DNA of 64,000 bases from Callorhinchus milii. Its lineage: Eukaryota. Location: positions 74,774,001-74,838,000 of the forward strand of contig NW_024704743.1 in assembly GCF_018977255.1 (NCBI RefSeq), in the 5' to 3' direction. Numbering within the stretch: the stretch's first letter is position 1; each line of letters starts with the position of its first letter. Made by a program: the position numbers and the translations under genes. This document shows positions 12,990-23,479 of this stretch, one piece after another. The notes below the pieces were generated by a model. The model ran no database searches, was not told the DNA's origin, and saw only the letters and a program-made list of their open reading frames with translations.

Positions 12990-13460
12990 TGAGAATAAAA
13001 GTATGGAGGAAATGATTTGTTACTTTGAGGGTTTTCTTTCCATAGAGATATGTGAAAGGAGGACTCCAGGAATAATAGAGGAGGATGTGATAGAGCATCT
13101 GCTGGTGAAAAATATTAGAAGAACAAATGTACATTTTAAAAAAGTAAATGAGACCTAAAGTAGTCTGGATGGTATGCATCCCAGAATACTGAAGGAATTC
13201 AAAGAGGAGATAGTGGATGTACTGGCCACAATATTCCCAAACGTTTGGAAAATGGAATTCTACAAGACATCTCAGTGTGATATTCAAATAATTGATATCA
13301 ATGGGCAGCAAGGGTAAGATGTGGATCAGTATCTGGCTAAGGGAAGCAAGCAGAGGTTTATCTTAATGATGCTGGGGGTGTTGGGTGGGGGGAGGGGGGA
13401 ACTGAGAGGTCCATGTTAGTGGTACTTCTGTTTCCAGCAGATAAAAATGACCTGAATGCT
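12990..13460 (+). mobile_element. Highly degenerate CR1 ORF2 fragments
   Basis: gatggtatgcatcccagaatactgaaggaa (DGMHPRILKE) and other CR1-like scraps. Confidence 0.55.
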
Positions 13461-14244
13461 CCAAATCAGTGGAAAGTCGTTCTATTTGTAACAGACCACA
13501 AGTATTTGCAAACAGAGTTCTATACCGTCCATTGATTATCTGGAGGAGAGAAATCTAGAGATGCCACGATTCAGATCTTTAAAGGTGGGAGTGTATCTGT
13601 GTTTTATAAATGAGGCTCATTGAATATATGAAGGCCAGCAGAGGCGTGGAGATGGTAGGTTTTGACTGATACTAGGGAAAGATTATTCCCACTTTTGGCA
13701 AATTGATACAAAAATGTAATGGTTCTTTTTTACGCTACATTAGTGTTTGGTTTTAGTAGCTGATAAATTGTTTCAGCGCTATGTGACAAATTGAACTTGT
13801 TTTTTTTCTCAAATAGTTAGAACTTGTTTGATCAAAGAGAACAAAATATATCAACTAATTAGCCTTTTTCAGTCTTTAACTTTGTATGTTTTATACGGAT
13901 GTAGATGAATTTTTGAATGTCACACTTTACCCACATGTTTTTCATCATGTCTTGCTACCTGCAGATTTTATCAGGTCAATCTTTACACTTACATGCTGTT
14001 TGTGACACATTTTGTAAAATTCAGGTGCAATTTAACTTACACCTCAAATCTCGGGCAAGCAGAGCAATTTCCTGCACCTAAATTAACCTGTTGTAATTTA
14101 TTTGACTGTAGATGTGAGGGCTTATATTTGTGGTTTGTTTAAATGTTGTTTTTTTGGTTAAAGGAACTAAGCAATAACAATTTTTTTAATTGCAATTGTT
14201 CCCTAGTTGCAACATCTTCTGTGATATTCATACATTATTTTCAA

Positions 14245-14690
14245 AACAATAATAATCCTTCAATTTGAAATAGAGCCTTATCACATCAAAAGAATGTCTT
14301 AAAGTGCTTCACAGGATATGCTTTGAAGTGGTTTGACAGTGCATTTTGTAGGTTAAGGGCAGCAGACAATTTTGCATACAGCAATGTCCCACAAATAACC
14401 ATGGAGCGAGTGACCAATTTTATTTGGGAAATTTGTTGGCCCGGCACCGGGAACAACTGCTTTCTCTTTTCGAATAGTATCATGGGATTTTTCACGTCCG
14501 CCTAAGCAGGCCGATGGGACCTTGATATAACGTCTCATCCAAAGGACAGCACCTCTGACAATGCAATAACCTCCAGCCCTGCATTTGAACGTCGGCTTAG
14601 ACGATGTGATTCAAGTTCCGACATGGGGCTTGAACCCACAACCTTCTGAGTTGGAGATAAGAGTGCTACAACTGAGCCAGCCTGGCACAG
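14245..14690 (-). mobile_element. Older full Deu-domain SINE (SacSINE1/AmnSINE-like)
   Basis: Minus strand: tRNA head (tggctcagttg...gggttcaagccc), then gcattgtcagaggtgctgtcctttggatgagacgtt...ggacgtgaaaaatcccatg...tttgtgggacattgctgt, the Deu-domain layout. Confidence 0.75.
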
Positions 14691-14842
14691 ACCTAGTATA
14701 TAATCTTTATGATTTTAATTGTGCATAGTGAACCACGCTGAGTTTTGTGGATGGTCTACTTGAATTAGTTTGTCATTGTTATGGCTGACTGGTGTTTCCC
14801 TGAAGCTTTATAACATTGATGAGACTCCCGGTTCTTTAATAA

Positions 14843-15115
14843 TGGAGTCCCTTAGCGTAGTGGTTAGCAAGCAGGAGGACTCAGGTTTGATTCCCAGGCA
14901 GGCGAAACCTTAGGCAAGTTTCCTTACTCACACGCCTCTGTTTACCCAGCAGTAAGTAGGGACCCAGTTGTTAGTCTATTGATAGATCACTTTCCAGGGA
15001 TAATAATCTCTTTTCAAAAAATTGGTCACTCACTCCATGGTTGTTTGTGGGTCCTTGTTATGTGCAATTGACTGTCGCATTTTGCCCACAAAATACAGTC
15101 AATCCATTTTACAAT
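14843..15115 (+). mobile_element. tRNA-headed SINE, long (CORE-like) subfamily
   Basis: ccttaggcaagtttccttactcacacgcctctgtttacccagcagtaagtagggacc followed by the Deu block. Confidence 0.8.
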
Positions 15116-16120
15116 GATAGGTATTATTTAATGCCTTTCAGAGCAGTAGAGTGCACAGGCACAGAACTGTGATTGATTTATATGAGCTTTGAGCCACAGG
15201 CGTGTGGAGACTGGAGTATAAGTGAAGTTTGTGACTTCACATCTCTGTTTTACAAGCATCTCCAGTTTATTCTCACCAAGTCTAAAAATATGATGTAGAA
15301 AGCCAATTTTTGTTGAACCCAATAATGTCATCAAGCATATGCCATGAAGCACTTCTCCGGGTGGTACTGACGTGTATATCATTCAGTTGCTAGGGTAAGC
15401 AGGCTTACAGTTGAGAGCTGATTATCTGTACTAATTGGGATTGGCCCAAGGACAGCAATCGAGTCAGAATTTTATGGATTCCAAACACTGCATTAAAATA
15501 AGCCGCACTCTATTTCAGATGCAAGGGTTATTAATATAGATTCCATATATTAAAAACTGTATTTGCTTGTGTACCTCTGCTATTGTAATACATTTTGGAC
15601 AGACATTTTCACATATCAAACATTAAAAATGTGGAACACTTTTCAACTATTCAAAACATGTTTTATTGAAAAAATTGTGGATTATACTTTGGTTCTTAAT
15701 TTTCTCTTGGCTGTTACGTCATACTCATTATCTGTGCTACAAAATACTAATTAAGTAATGTATACAAAATATAATCAGACTAAGCAAATGCTTATTAACA
15801 GGCGTTACATTGTCTTGAGTAATCTTTATTTTTGCCCTTCCTTCAGTCTTGTAATTTGGGCAGTGTCTCTTCTCACGTGTGGCGGAGCAACTGGTTGATG
15901 GAGAGATGATGTCTCATAGATAGTTGGTGGTGTTTTTGATAAGCTAGCAAGACATTTCAATTATTGTCCACTTCTTAATAAAGGTATATCATTGGCAGGT
16001 AAATTCAGCTAAATGGAAGTAAAATGTAGCAAACCTCTTTGTTCAGTTTGCTGCTCTTCAAGTGGGTGGGTTAAAAATAAGTTTCCAACATTAAAGACAC
16101 TATATAAGTGTAATTTTGTT

Positions 16121-17072
16121 GTAAGTGAGGTCTCCTTGGAGTTGCGCTGGCAACAGAATGTCAGAATCGTCAGTCCTCTGTTGTGGTCTTGGTAGTCCAG
16201 TTCCTGAGCCAAGTCCATCCACAATACTCCAGGATACTGTTGATGACAGACCAGCCAACCTTGTTCATTGGCAGAACTTGGAGGGCCAGAGGCAGTGGAG
16301 GAGGGACTGTTCCCGCTCACCTGCTGTAACCTGCAAACCAAAACCCTAATGAGTCGGGTGGTCCTAGATGGACAAGCAGCAGGAAGCTTGCCAGGCAGTG
16401 CTCACAATGGGAAACTCTGGTTTTAGCTGGTTAAACTCCAGCAATAATCCAACCCACACTTTTGTGGAGTTTTGTATCATGGAGTCCTGTAGCTTAGTGA
16501 TTGGAGCACTCGCCTCGCAAGCGAGAGGACCTGGGTTCAATTCCCGGGCAGGGCGAAACATTGGGTAAGTTTCCTTAATCTACCCACCTCTGTTTACCCA
16601 GCAGTAAGTCGGAACGCAGTTGTTAGTTGACTGGTGAATCTGGAGGTAATGATCACTTTTTTTTTAAAAAAGGTTCACTCAATTCATGACTGTTTGTGGG
16701 ACACTGTTGTGCGTAATTGGCTGCCGCGTTTCGCCCTAAAATATATAGTCAATTCATTTTACAGTGCATTCTATGAAGTGCTTTTTTACGTCTCGAAGAT
16801 GTGATAAGGCATTATATCAGATGCAAGGATTATTATTATACATGTATTATTTTGGGCTTCCCAAGCCTTGGCTCTTGCCAACCTGAACCTAATTCTAAAC
16901 GGATAAACCATGGAGCAAATTTTAGAACTAAATAAGCAGAGTGCATCCCTCCAGGGAGAGAATCGCATTTGCTCTGGGCTGGCACACATATGTGGAGCCT
17001 TGTAAGAAAAAAGATACTCTAAAACATATGATGGGTTTCCTCGTGTGTCAAATATCTGGCTGACCATAAAAA
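16121..17072 (+). repeat. Unclassified dispersed repeat, split by a SINE (16480-16838)
   Basis: Shares gtcttggtagtccagttcctgagcc, gtggtcctag.tggacaag, ccctccagggagag and ggctgacc+A-run with copies at 19091, 31010, 48055 and 53660. Confidence 0.7.
16480..16838 (+). mobile_element. tRNA-headed SINE, long subfamily
   Basis: Full head, ctctgtttacccagcagtaagt, Deu block, L2-type tail. Confidence 0.85.
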
Positions 17073-17188
17073 TGTTTAAAGAAATTTCTATGAAAGGGTA
17101 TGAGGTGACATGATCCAGTCACTGACAGAGAGGAAGAATCCTCTTCTTTGCTGGAACTTCTATGAACCAAACAATTAAAATGTTGCTT

Positions 17189-18274
17189 TCATAAAGTATG
17201 CATGCTTGTAACTTCAGGCTTAACTGTATCTGACATACCCGAGCCAAACTGCGAAGTCTCAGGTTCAGTTCGCATATACAGAGCCAGTCGATTTTGACCA
17301 ATGCATCCAATATCTTTCATGAACTTAAAAATATATTTTTTAAACTTCACTCCAAAAAATACATACAGAATAGGATTGAGACAACAGTGGACATATGCTA
17401 TACATTTAGTTACAATAATTGCATAGTCAACTTTTATACTATCAGTACACTTAATAGAAACATTGTTGATGATTGACAGAGTTTCCATTAATTTCACAAT
17501 ATTGAATGGCAACTGGCAAAAAACAAATACAATTACTATTACAAATATAATTCTTAACGACTTATGTTTTTGGAAACCTTTACCGTGAAGCAGAGTTTTT
17601 GCAATGATTGAATAGCAAATAACCATAGCCGCAAAGGGTATCAAAAATCCCACAGTCATCTGTATTATGTTCACTTGTACTTTGATAGCAACGCTCAAAT
17701 TAGTAGGATAAACCATGGAGCATATTTTAGAGGATGAATCAGTACGTGCTTCACTGAAAATGAATTGAGGAAGAGACAAAATGATTGCTAACAGCCATAC
17801 TGCTGTGCAGACTACACTGTGACATCTTCGGTATTTACAATTGAGCATTTTTGTTGCTTGAACAATCACATTGTACCTGTTGATGCTCACACAAGTGAGT
17901 ATTAACATGCAACTGTAGAAGTTTACCGTGTATGCACCATTCATAACTTTACACATAAAAGTATCAAAAATCCATCCATGGCACGCATTAACTGCCCAGA
18001 ATGGAAGAGTGCAGAGGAAGAGCAAGTCAGCAACCGCTAGATTTACCATATAGATATTTGTCACGGTTTTCAGTTTCTCATAGAAAACGTATATCACAAT
18101 TACCAAAGAATTCCCTAAGAGGCCAGTCACACACATGATTGAATAAAAAAGAGGTATAAAAAATCTGGCAAACTGTTTAACCTCTTTTTTGTTACAAGGC
18201 AATTCCCATTGTTGGTTCAGATCATCGGTGCTGTTAAAATCATAGTATTCATAGATTGGTTGAATTGTCACCAT
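17189..18274 (-). CDS. CXCR6: C-X-C chemokine receptor 6-like GPCR (361 aa), nested antisense in a FYCO1 intron
   Basis: Intact 7TM ORF: GN in TM1, LAVADLLF..TLPFW, NRY at the DRY position, CQLP, HCCLNPILY. An in-frame TAA 33 nt upstream supports the ATG; a splice acceptor lies at 18309-18310. Its position inside FYCO1 matches CXCR6 synteny. Confidence 0.85.
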   Translation of the reverse strand: MVTIQPIYEYYDFNSTDDLNQQWELPCNKKEVKQFARFFIPLFYSIMCVTGLLGNSLVIVIYVFYEKLKTVTNIYMVNLAVADLLFLCTLPFWAVNACHGWIFDTFMCKVMNGAYTVNFYSCMLILTCVSINRYNVIVQATKMLNCKYRRCHSVVCTAVWLLAIILSLPQFIFSEARTDSSSKICSMVYPTNLSVAIKVQVNIIQMTVGFLIPFAAMVICYSIIAKTLLHGKGFQKHKSLRIIFVIVIVFVFCQLPFNIVKLMETLSIINNVSIKCTDSIKVDYAIIVTKCIAYVHCCLNPILYVFFGVKFKKYIFKFMKDIGCIGQNRLALYMRTEPETSQFGSGMSDTVKPEVTSMHTL

Positions 18275-18488
18275 AGTTGAAGACTTTGTTAAGATCTGTA
18301 GGAATTACCTAAAATAAAACAAAATTATTTATGACGCGGTGGTATGAAACATTGCCTGCATCTTTCAATCTGTTTGTATCCTGACTTCATTGCTCACAAT
18401 CAGCAATTGAATTCAAATAATAAATTTAGAATTTTAGTAATTGGTTACAAACCAACAATATTATAAACAAAGAAAAGCAAAAACTTAC

Positions 18489-18630
18489 CAGCACTAAAGA
18501 AATATAGTGATCACTGATTTGGATGATCTTTGAACCGTATCTTGTGTTGCTGATTGTGAAGAGTGTTTCTGATGCAGATGCGTGTATATACATTGTGACA
18601 GGAAATAGTCTTATCTCCATCCAATTGGCT
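18489..18630 (-). promoter_or_regulatory. Candidate non-coding first exon and proximal promoter of CXCR6
   Basis: Minus-strand donor TG|GTAAGT at 18488 would give a 180-nt intron to the acceptor at 18309. Nearby are TATATA (18585-18590), ETS-like CAGGAAAT (18599-18606) and GATA AGATAAG (18610-18616). Motif inference only. Confidence 0.35.
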
Positions 18631-18711
18631 GCCTTGTTTTGCACACAAAATATACCATTTTGAGACATCTCAAAGAAGTGATAAGGTGCTATATCAAATG
18701 CACAAGAATTA

Positions 18712-19022
18712 TTATAATAAAAAATAATCCTTGCATTTGATATAACGCTTTTCATGTCTTCTAGACGTCTCAAAGTGCTTCACAGAATATACTGTAAAGT
18801 GAATTGACTGCATATTTGTGAGCGAAACATGGCAGCCAATTGCACAAAGCAGTGTTCCACAAACAGTCATGGATTGAAGTGACAAATTTTTTTTTTCTTG
18901 AGGGATTATTATCAGGCGTGTGGAGTAAGGAAACTTGCCCAAGGTTTCTCCCTGCCGGGAACCGAACTCAGGTCTCTCGCTTGCGAGGCGAGTGCTCTAA
19001 CCACTGAGTTACAGGACCCCAC
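18712..19022 (-). mobile_element. tRNA-headed SINE, short subfamily
   Basis: Reverse-complement match to 707-1034. Confidence 0.85.
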
Positions 19023-19090
19023 AATATCCACCTAACGAGGGCTCAAACCCACGCTTATCAGATGTCATATGACCCAACTAGTGGCTATCG

Positions 19091-19705
19091 TTGGGGGGAG
19101 GTAAGGAGTGTCTCTTTGGAGCTGAACTGGCTCCGGGATGATATATTTAGCAACTAAATATCAGAATTGAGCCCACTCTCTGGCAGTCTTGGTAGTCCAG
19201 TTCCTGAGCCAGGCAGGTCTGCAGTTCTCCAGGGCACACCTGATGACAGCACAGCCAGCCTGGCTCAGTGGAAGGATCTAGAAGGGCAGACCAGTCACTG
19301 GGGGCAGGGACTCTTCCCACTCATCTCCCGCAAATCAAAGCCCTAGCGAGTAGAGTGGTCCTAGCTGGACAAGTAGCTGGAGCGACAATGCTTAAATATG
19401 TGGATTCAGTTGGTTAGACTCCAGCAGTAACCCAACACACACTCTGCTTGCCAGCCTATGCCTGATACTGTCTGGAATGAGCTAAGTAGGCTTAGGAATC
19501 GGACTACTGAGACCGCCGTAGAGGGTTGACTTAATTCTGACATTCCGTTGCCAAGCACCACACCTTGGGACTAGTTGAGCTCTAAGGAGACCCCCCTTAC
19601 CTTACTCCCAAGGAGGAAATTATAAAGTGCAGGTTGTGAAGAACTAAGGCTTGGGAGCCCTGGAGTGTATGTTGGGATAATGCTGGAGCTAACCAGCTTG
19701 CTGCT
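19091..19705. repeat. Two inverted, permuted copies of the unclassified repeat
   Basis: 19091-19198 is the imperfect reverse complement of 19501-19611; 19645-19705 is an inverted copy of the internal ggttag.ctccagca.t.acccaaca segment. Confidence 0.7.
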
Positions 19706-20409
19706 ACAAACATTCTTTTTTTAAATAAGGCCATTCGGCCTTCAGCTGCTCTGCCCCACCCATATTAACTCCATCCCGAATCCTTCCACCTCGCCTCGGA
19801 ATTCCATCCTCCATCCCTCCTTTGCCTCCTTCAAGGTCCATCTCAAGATTTTCCTCTTCAACTCGTGCCTTAGGTCATCTTCCCCTCCTCCCCCCCCCCC
19901 CCCACACACCCTTGCTGTCCTCCCCTCTTGATTCCAACCCCAGCTCGGGTGAAAACCCTTCACTGTACCCTTCCAGCGACATCCTCCCAATGTGAAAGGC
20001 TCTATATAAGTCCAATTTGTTGTTGATTTACAGTACAGAAGAGGATCGTTCAGCCCATCATGTCTGTGATTGCCCTTTTTTTAAAAAAAATCCTTTCATC
20101 CTATTTACCTGCCCTTTCCCCATATCCCTGTAGTTGTTTAGGTACATCACTAGTTCCCTCTTGATAGCTAACATGAATTTTGTCTCGACCACCACTCCAC
20201 TCTTGAGTTAAAATGTTCTCGGTTCTCTTTCAACTCACAGAATATAGGGCAATGGTGGCTAACCAGCAGCATGCAGACCCCAAGGTGGCACAACACACAT
20301 TTTAAAAATAATTCCAACAGCAACAATTACTGGATCCCCTGCTGAAGTGACATTGCCATAACCCTCACCCCGGCCACACCACTCACCACAACCAGAGCAG
20401 CAGCACAGA

Positions 20410-20710
20410 GTGCTGTCAGAATGTGTCAGAGAAAGCTGAGGAAACGTTGTGTTGTCGGAGATTCCACTCTACAGATGAGGTGTTAAATTGAATTCCTACC
20501 TATCTGTTCACGTGGACGTTAAAGAAAAGAGCACTACTTGAAAAGAGAAGTTTCTCTGGCGTCCTGGCAAACAATTCCCCAAATAAAATTCATTATTCTG
20601 TTATGGGGACATTGCTCTGTGAAAATTGTCCGTCATGTTCACCTCCAAAAACACAGTCACTACACTGTACAGTAAATTGTTTGGAATGCATTGAGATGCT
20701 TCAATGACCT
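20410..20710 (+). mobile_element. Degenerate Deu-domain SINE
   Basis: ttgtcggagattcc...agatgaggtgttaaa...gtggacgttaaaga...gtcctggcaaac...gggacattgctctgt. Confidence 0.65.
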
Positions 20711-23479
20711 GTTAGAAAATATTCTCTTCTAATTTCTATTATCTTATGTTGTCTTTATTTTGAAACTATGTCCTCTTATTTACACAGAAAATGTTCTAAA
20801 CCCTTCACAATTTTAAGTGCCTCTCTTAAGTCCTGTCTCATGCTTGTCTTTCAAGAGNAAAAAAACCTGAGGGTGTCCTTGTTACTCTAGTCCCTAAATT
20901 CTGGAATTAATCTAGTAGTTCTCTAACTTAAACTGGCTGTTCTGACTGATTCATCTGTTAGCTAGTTCTATTAGGCTATCTGATTATTTTTATATAGGCT
21001 TTAGCCAGTGTGCAGAAAACGTCTCTGAATACTTTAAGCAGTGTAAATGAAATTATATAATAATAATCCTTGCATTTGATATTGTGCTGTATTACTTTGT
21101 CGAACGCGTGCGAGGATTTGACTTTGAAATGTAGTGACTGTGTAATTGTAGGCAATTCTTTTAGTTTTAGCCAACATAGAACCAAGGAAATTTACAGGAC
21201 AGATGAAAGCTGTTCGGCCCATTGTATCTGTGCTGCCCCTTTGAAAGAGTAATCCATCCATTCCGGCTTTTCCTCAGTGAACATGAAAGGTAAAAGGCAG
21301 TGTACGAAACAATTCTTTGTATGCTTTAGCTACCAATCAGGGAGCTATTTAAACCAAGTTTTTCAATCTGTATATTAATCCCTTTTAAAAATTATGTTAT
21401 TTCCAAGATTAGTATCATGTATTTAGAATCTATTTGTATCTTTGAAGATTATTGTGGTAAGCTGCTAACTCAAAAGAACTGTTGCACTTGGCTATAAAAC
21501 ATTCACCTCACTTCTAACTAATTTTATTTTGTGGAGCACTTTGAGACATTTACTTTATGTGAAAAGGCCTTCAAGGTCCTGAACCTCAGAAATAAATCCG
21601 TTCATCCCTATCACCTGCCTATTTCTCTGATCTGCCTGTACCCCACTCCTCTGACGCTCAGCGAATATAGACCTGAGTGTCCTAATTCCTTGCCCCACTA
21701 TCAGTGGCTGAGCCTTCATAAACTGCAGCTGAATAACGTGATAGACTTAGTACTATCTACAGATACAGTTGTTGATACAATTGTCGTAGATGATACAGTG
21801 ACTGATGTTGAAATGTCTTAATGCACTAAAGTTACTTTGACGTGTAGTGACTTTTGTTATTTATGCAAAAGCAGTACCAAATTACACCCAACAACATCGC
21901 ACTAACAGAAAATAGATGCATGAACAATTCATCAACAAAGGTATTAGAAAGTAAATCTCATGTAAACATAGATCGCCTACAAATACACAGTCACTACACT
22001 TTACAGTAATTCCTGTAAAGCACTTTGAGACATTTCAATGACTTGCAATGTTTTTGTTTTACAAGGATCCCTTTTCTCTCCCCGAGACACTGACTTGAAT
22101 CGGATATGTCAGGATTATTTCCAGCTGTCACCAGCTTACATTTGCCACCACCATTCGTGACTCATGGCAAAGGTCCTTACCAGAATCAGGGCAGCTAAAT
22201 GAGAGATAGCATCAAATACTCAAATACTCCCATTAGTATTTGTCCACAAATACTTTACAGTGTATCCAGTGAGGCACTTTGAGATGTCCTCCCAATATGA
22301 AAGGTGCTAAATAATAATAACTAAGGATTATTATTAACTGCATTGTTCTTGGACTTTGCATCTTTTAGAACAGCTGTAGGTTGCCTAAAGGACATTATCT
22401 TCATCAAAAAGTGCCTGCAAAGGAAAAGCTAACACTACATACTTTAATACATGCTATCTCAATAGCACAGATGATGAAATATTTAAATCACCCATATTTA
22501 CTTCCGTTATGCAGCATCTGCGGTTGTCTGTATTAAACTTTATTTATCAGTGATCTTGGCAGTGTCTAATTATAGACTTCCCTAGCTTACATCTTGCAAA
22601 TGTAAGTACTCTGCTCTGAGTCCACCTCTATGGGGCACAGTGTTTTACATTATCGTAACCCTTTGTGTGACAAAATGTTTTCCAATCTCACTGTCCAAGC
22701 TCTAATTTTAAGATGATGTCTCCTTGTTTTGTATCAGAATATGATCAACTGGCTCAGATCATCACAAATGGGTCTAATGACATTTCTCTGTGCCTAAAAG
22801 CTCAAATGTACAATTCACGTCCTTAAAAAAAATTTTTTATTTGGTTGGTCAGTCTGAAACATGCAAACCCCATCACCATACTTAAGTATATCCAAACCAG
22901 ACTTGAGAGTTGCACAAATGTATGAAATGGAATAGAACTCTCTTCCCACAGGACATATCCTGATTACCTAAAGCCGGAGAGTATTAGGCACTGTTTGGCA
23001 GTATCTAAGCATGGGTCCCTGGATTGTGTTGTAGACAAATTTACTTGGCACCACGTTACTTTCAAATATAGGATTGATTAACGTTTGAACAGACAAATCA
23101 CTTATCCCTTATACAGAATCAAAATCATATTACCAGATTCAACTCTGGGCAGCAGCAACAGATCCTGGAACTCCCGCAATCCACCACTACACCCACTGGA
23201 GAAAGCCCTCCTTCCTTACAGACCTCACTATTCATCCCCTTCCTCTTTAGTGGTCACTTTCTTACTGGAGGTAAATTCCCTCACCCCTGTACATATACAT
23301 AGATACAGTAGAATCAATATTGATTCCACTGGGAAGTGCACTGACCCTCTACACAACTCCCAACTATCTCAAAGTTATATATTTTATGTGTTTCTAACTC
23401 CACCTCTCCTTGTCACAGAGATAGCCCCCACCCTTCACAGGCTGCTTTGCACAGAGAGAGATATGGACATCTTCTGGGC

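Noticed and set aside
20858..20858. Single ambiguous base n
   Set aside because: Assembly artefact, possibly a gap marker; adjacency across it is slightly uncertain.
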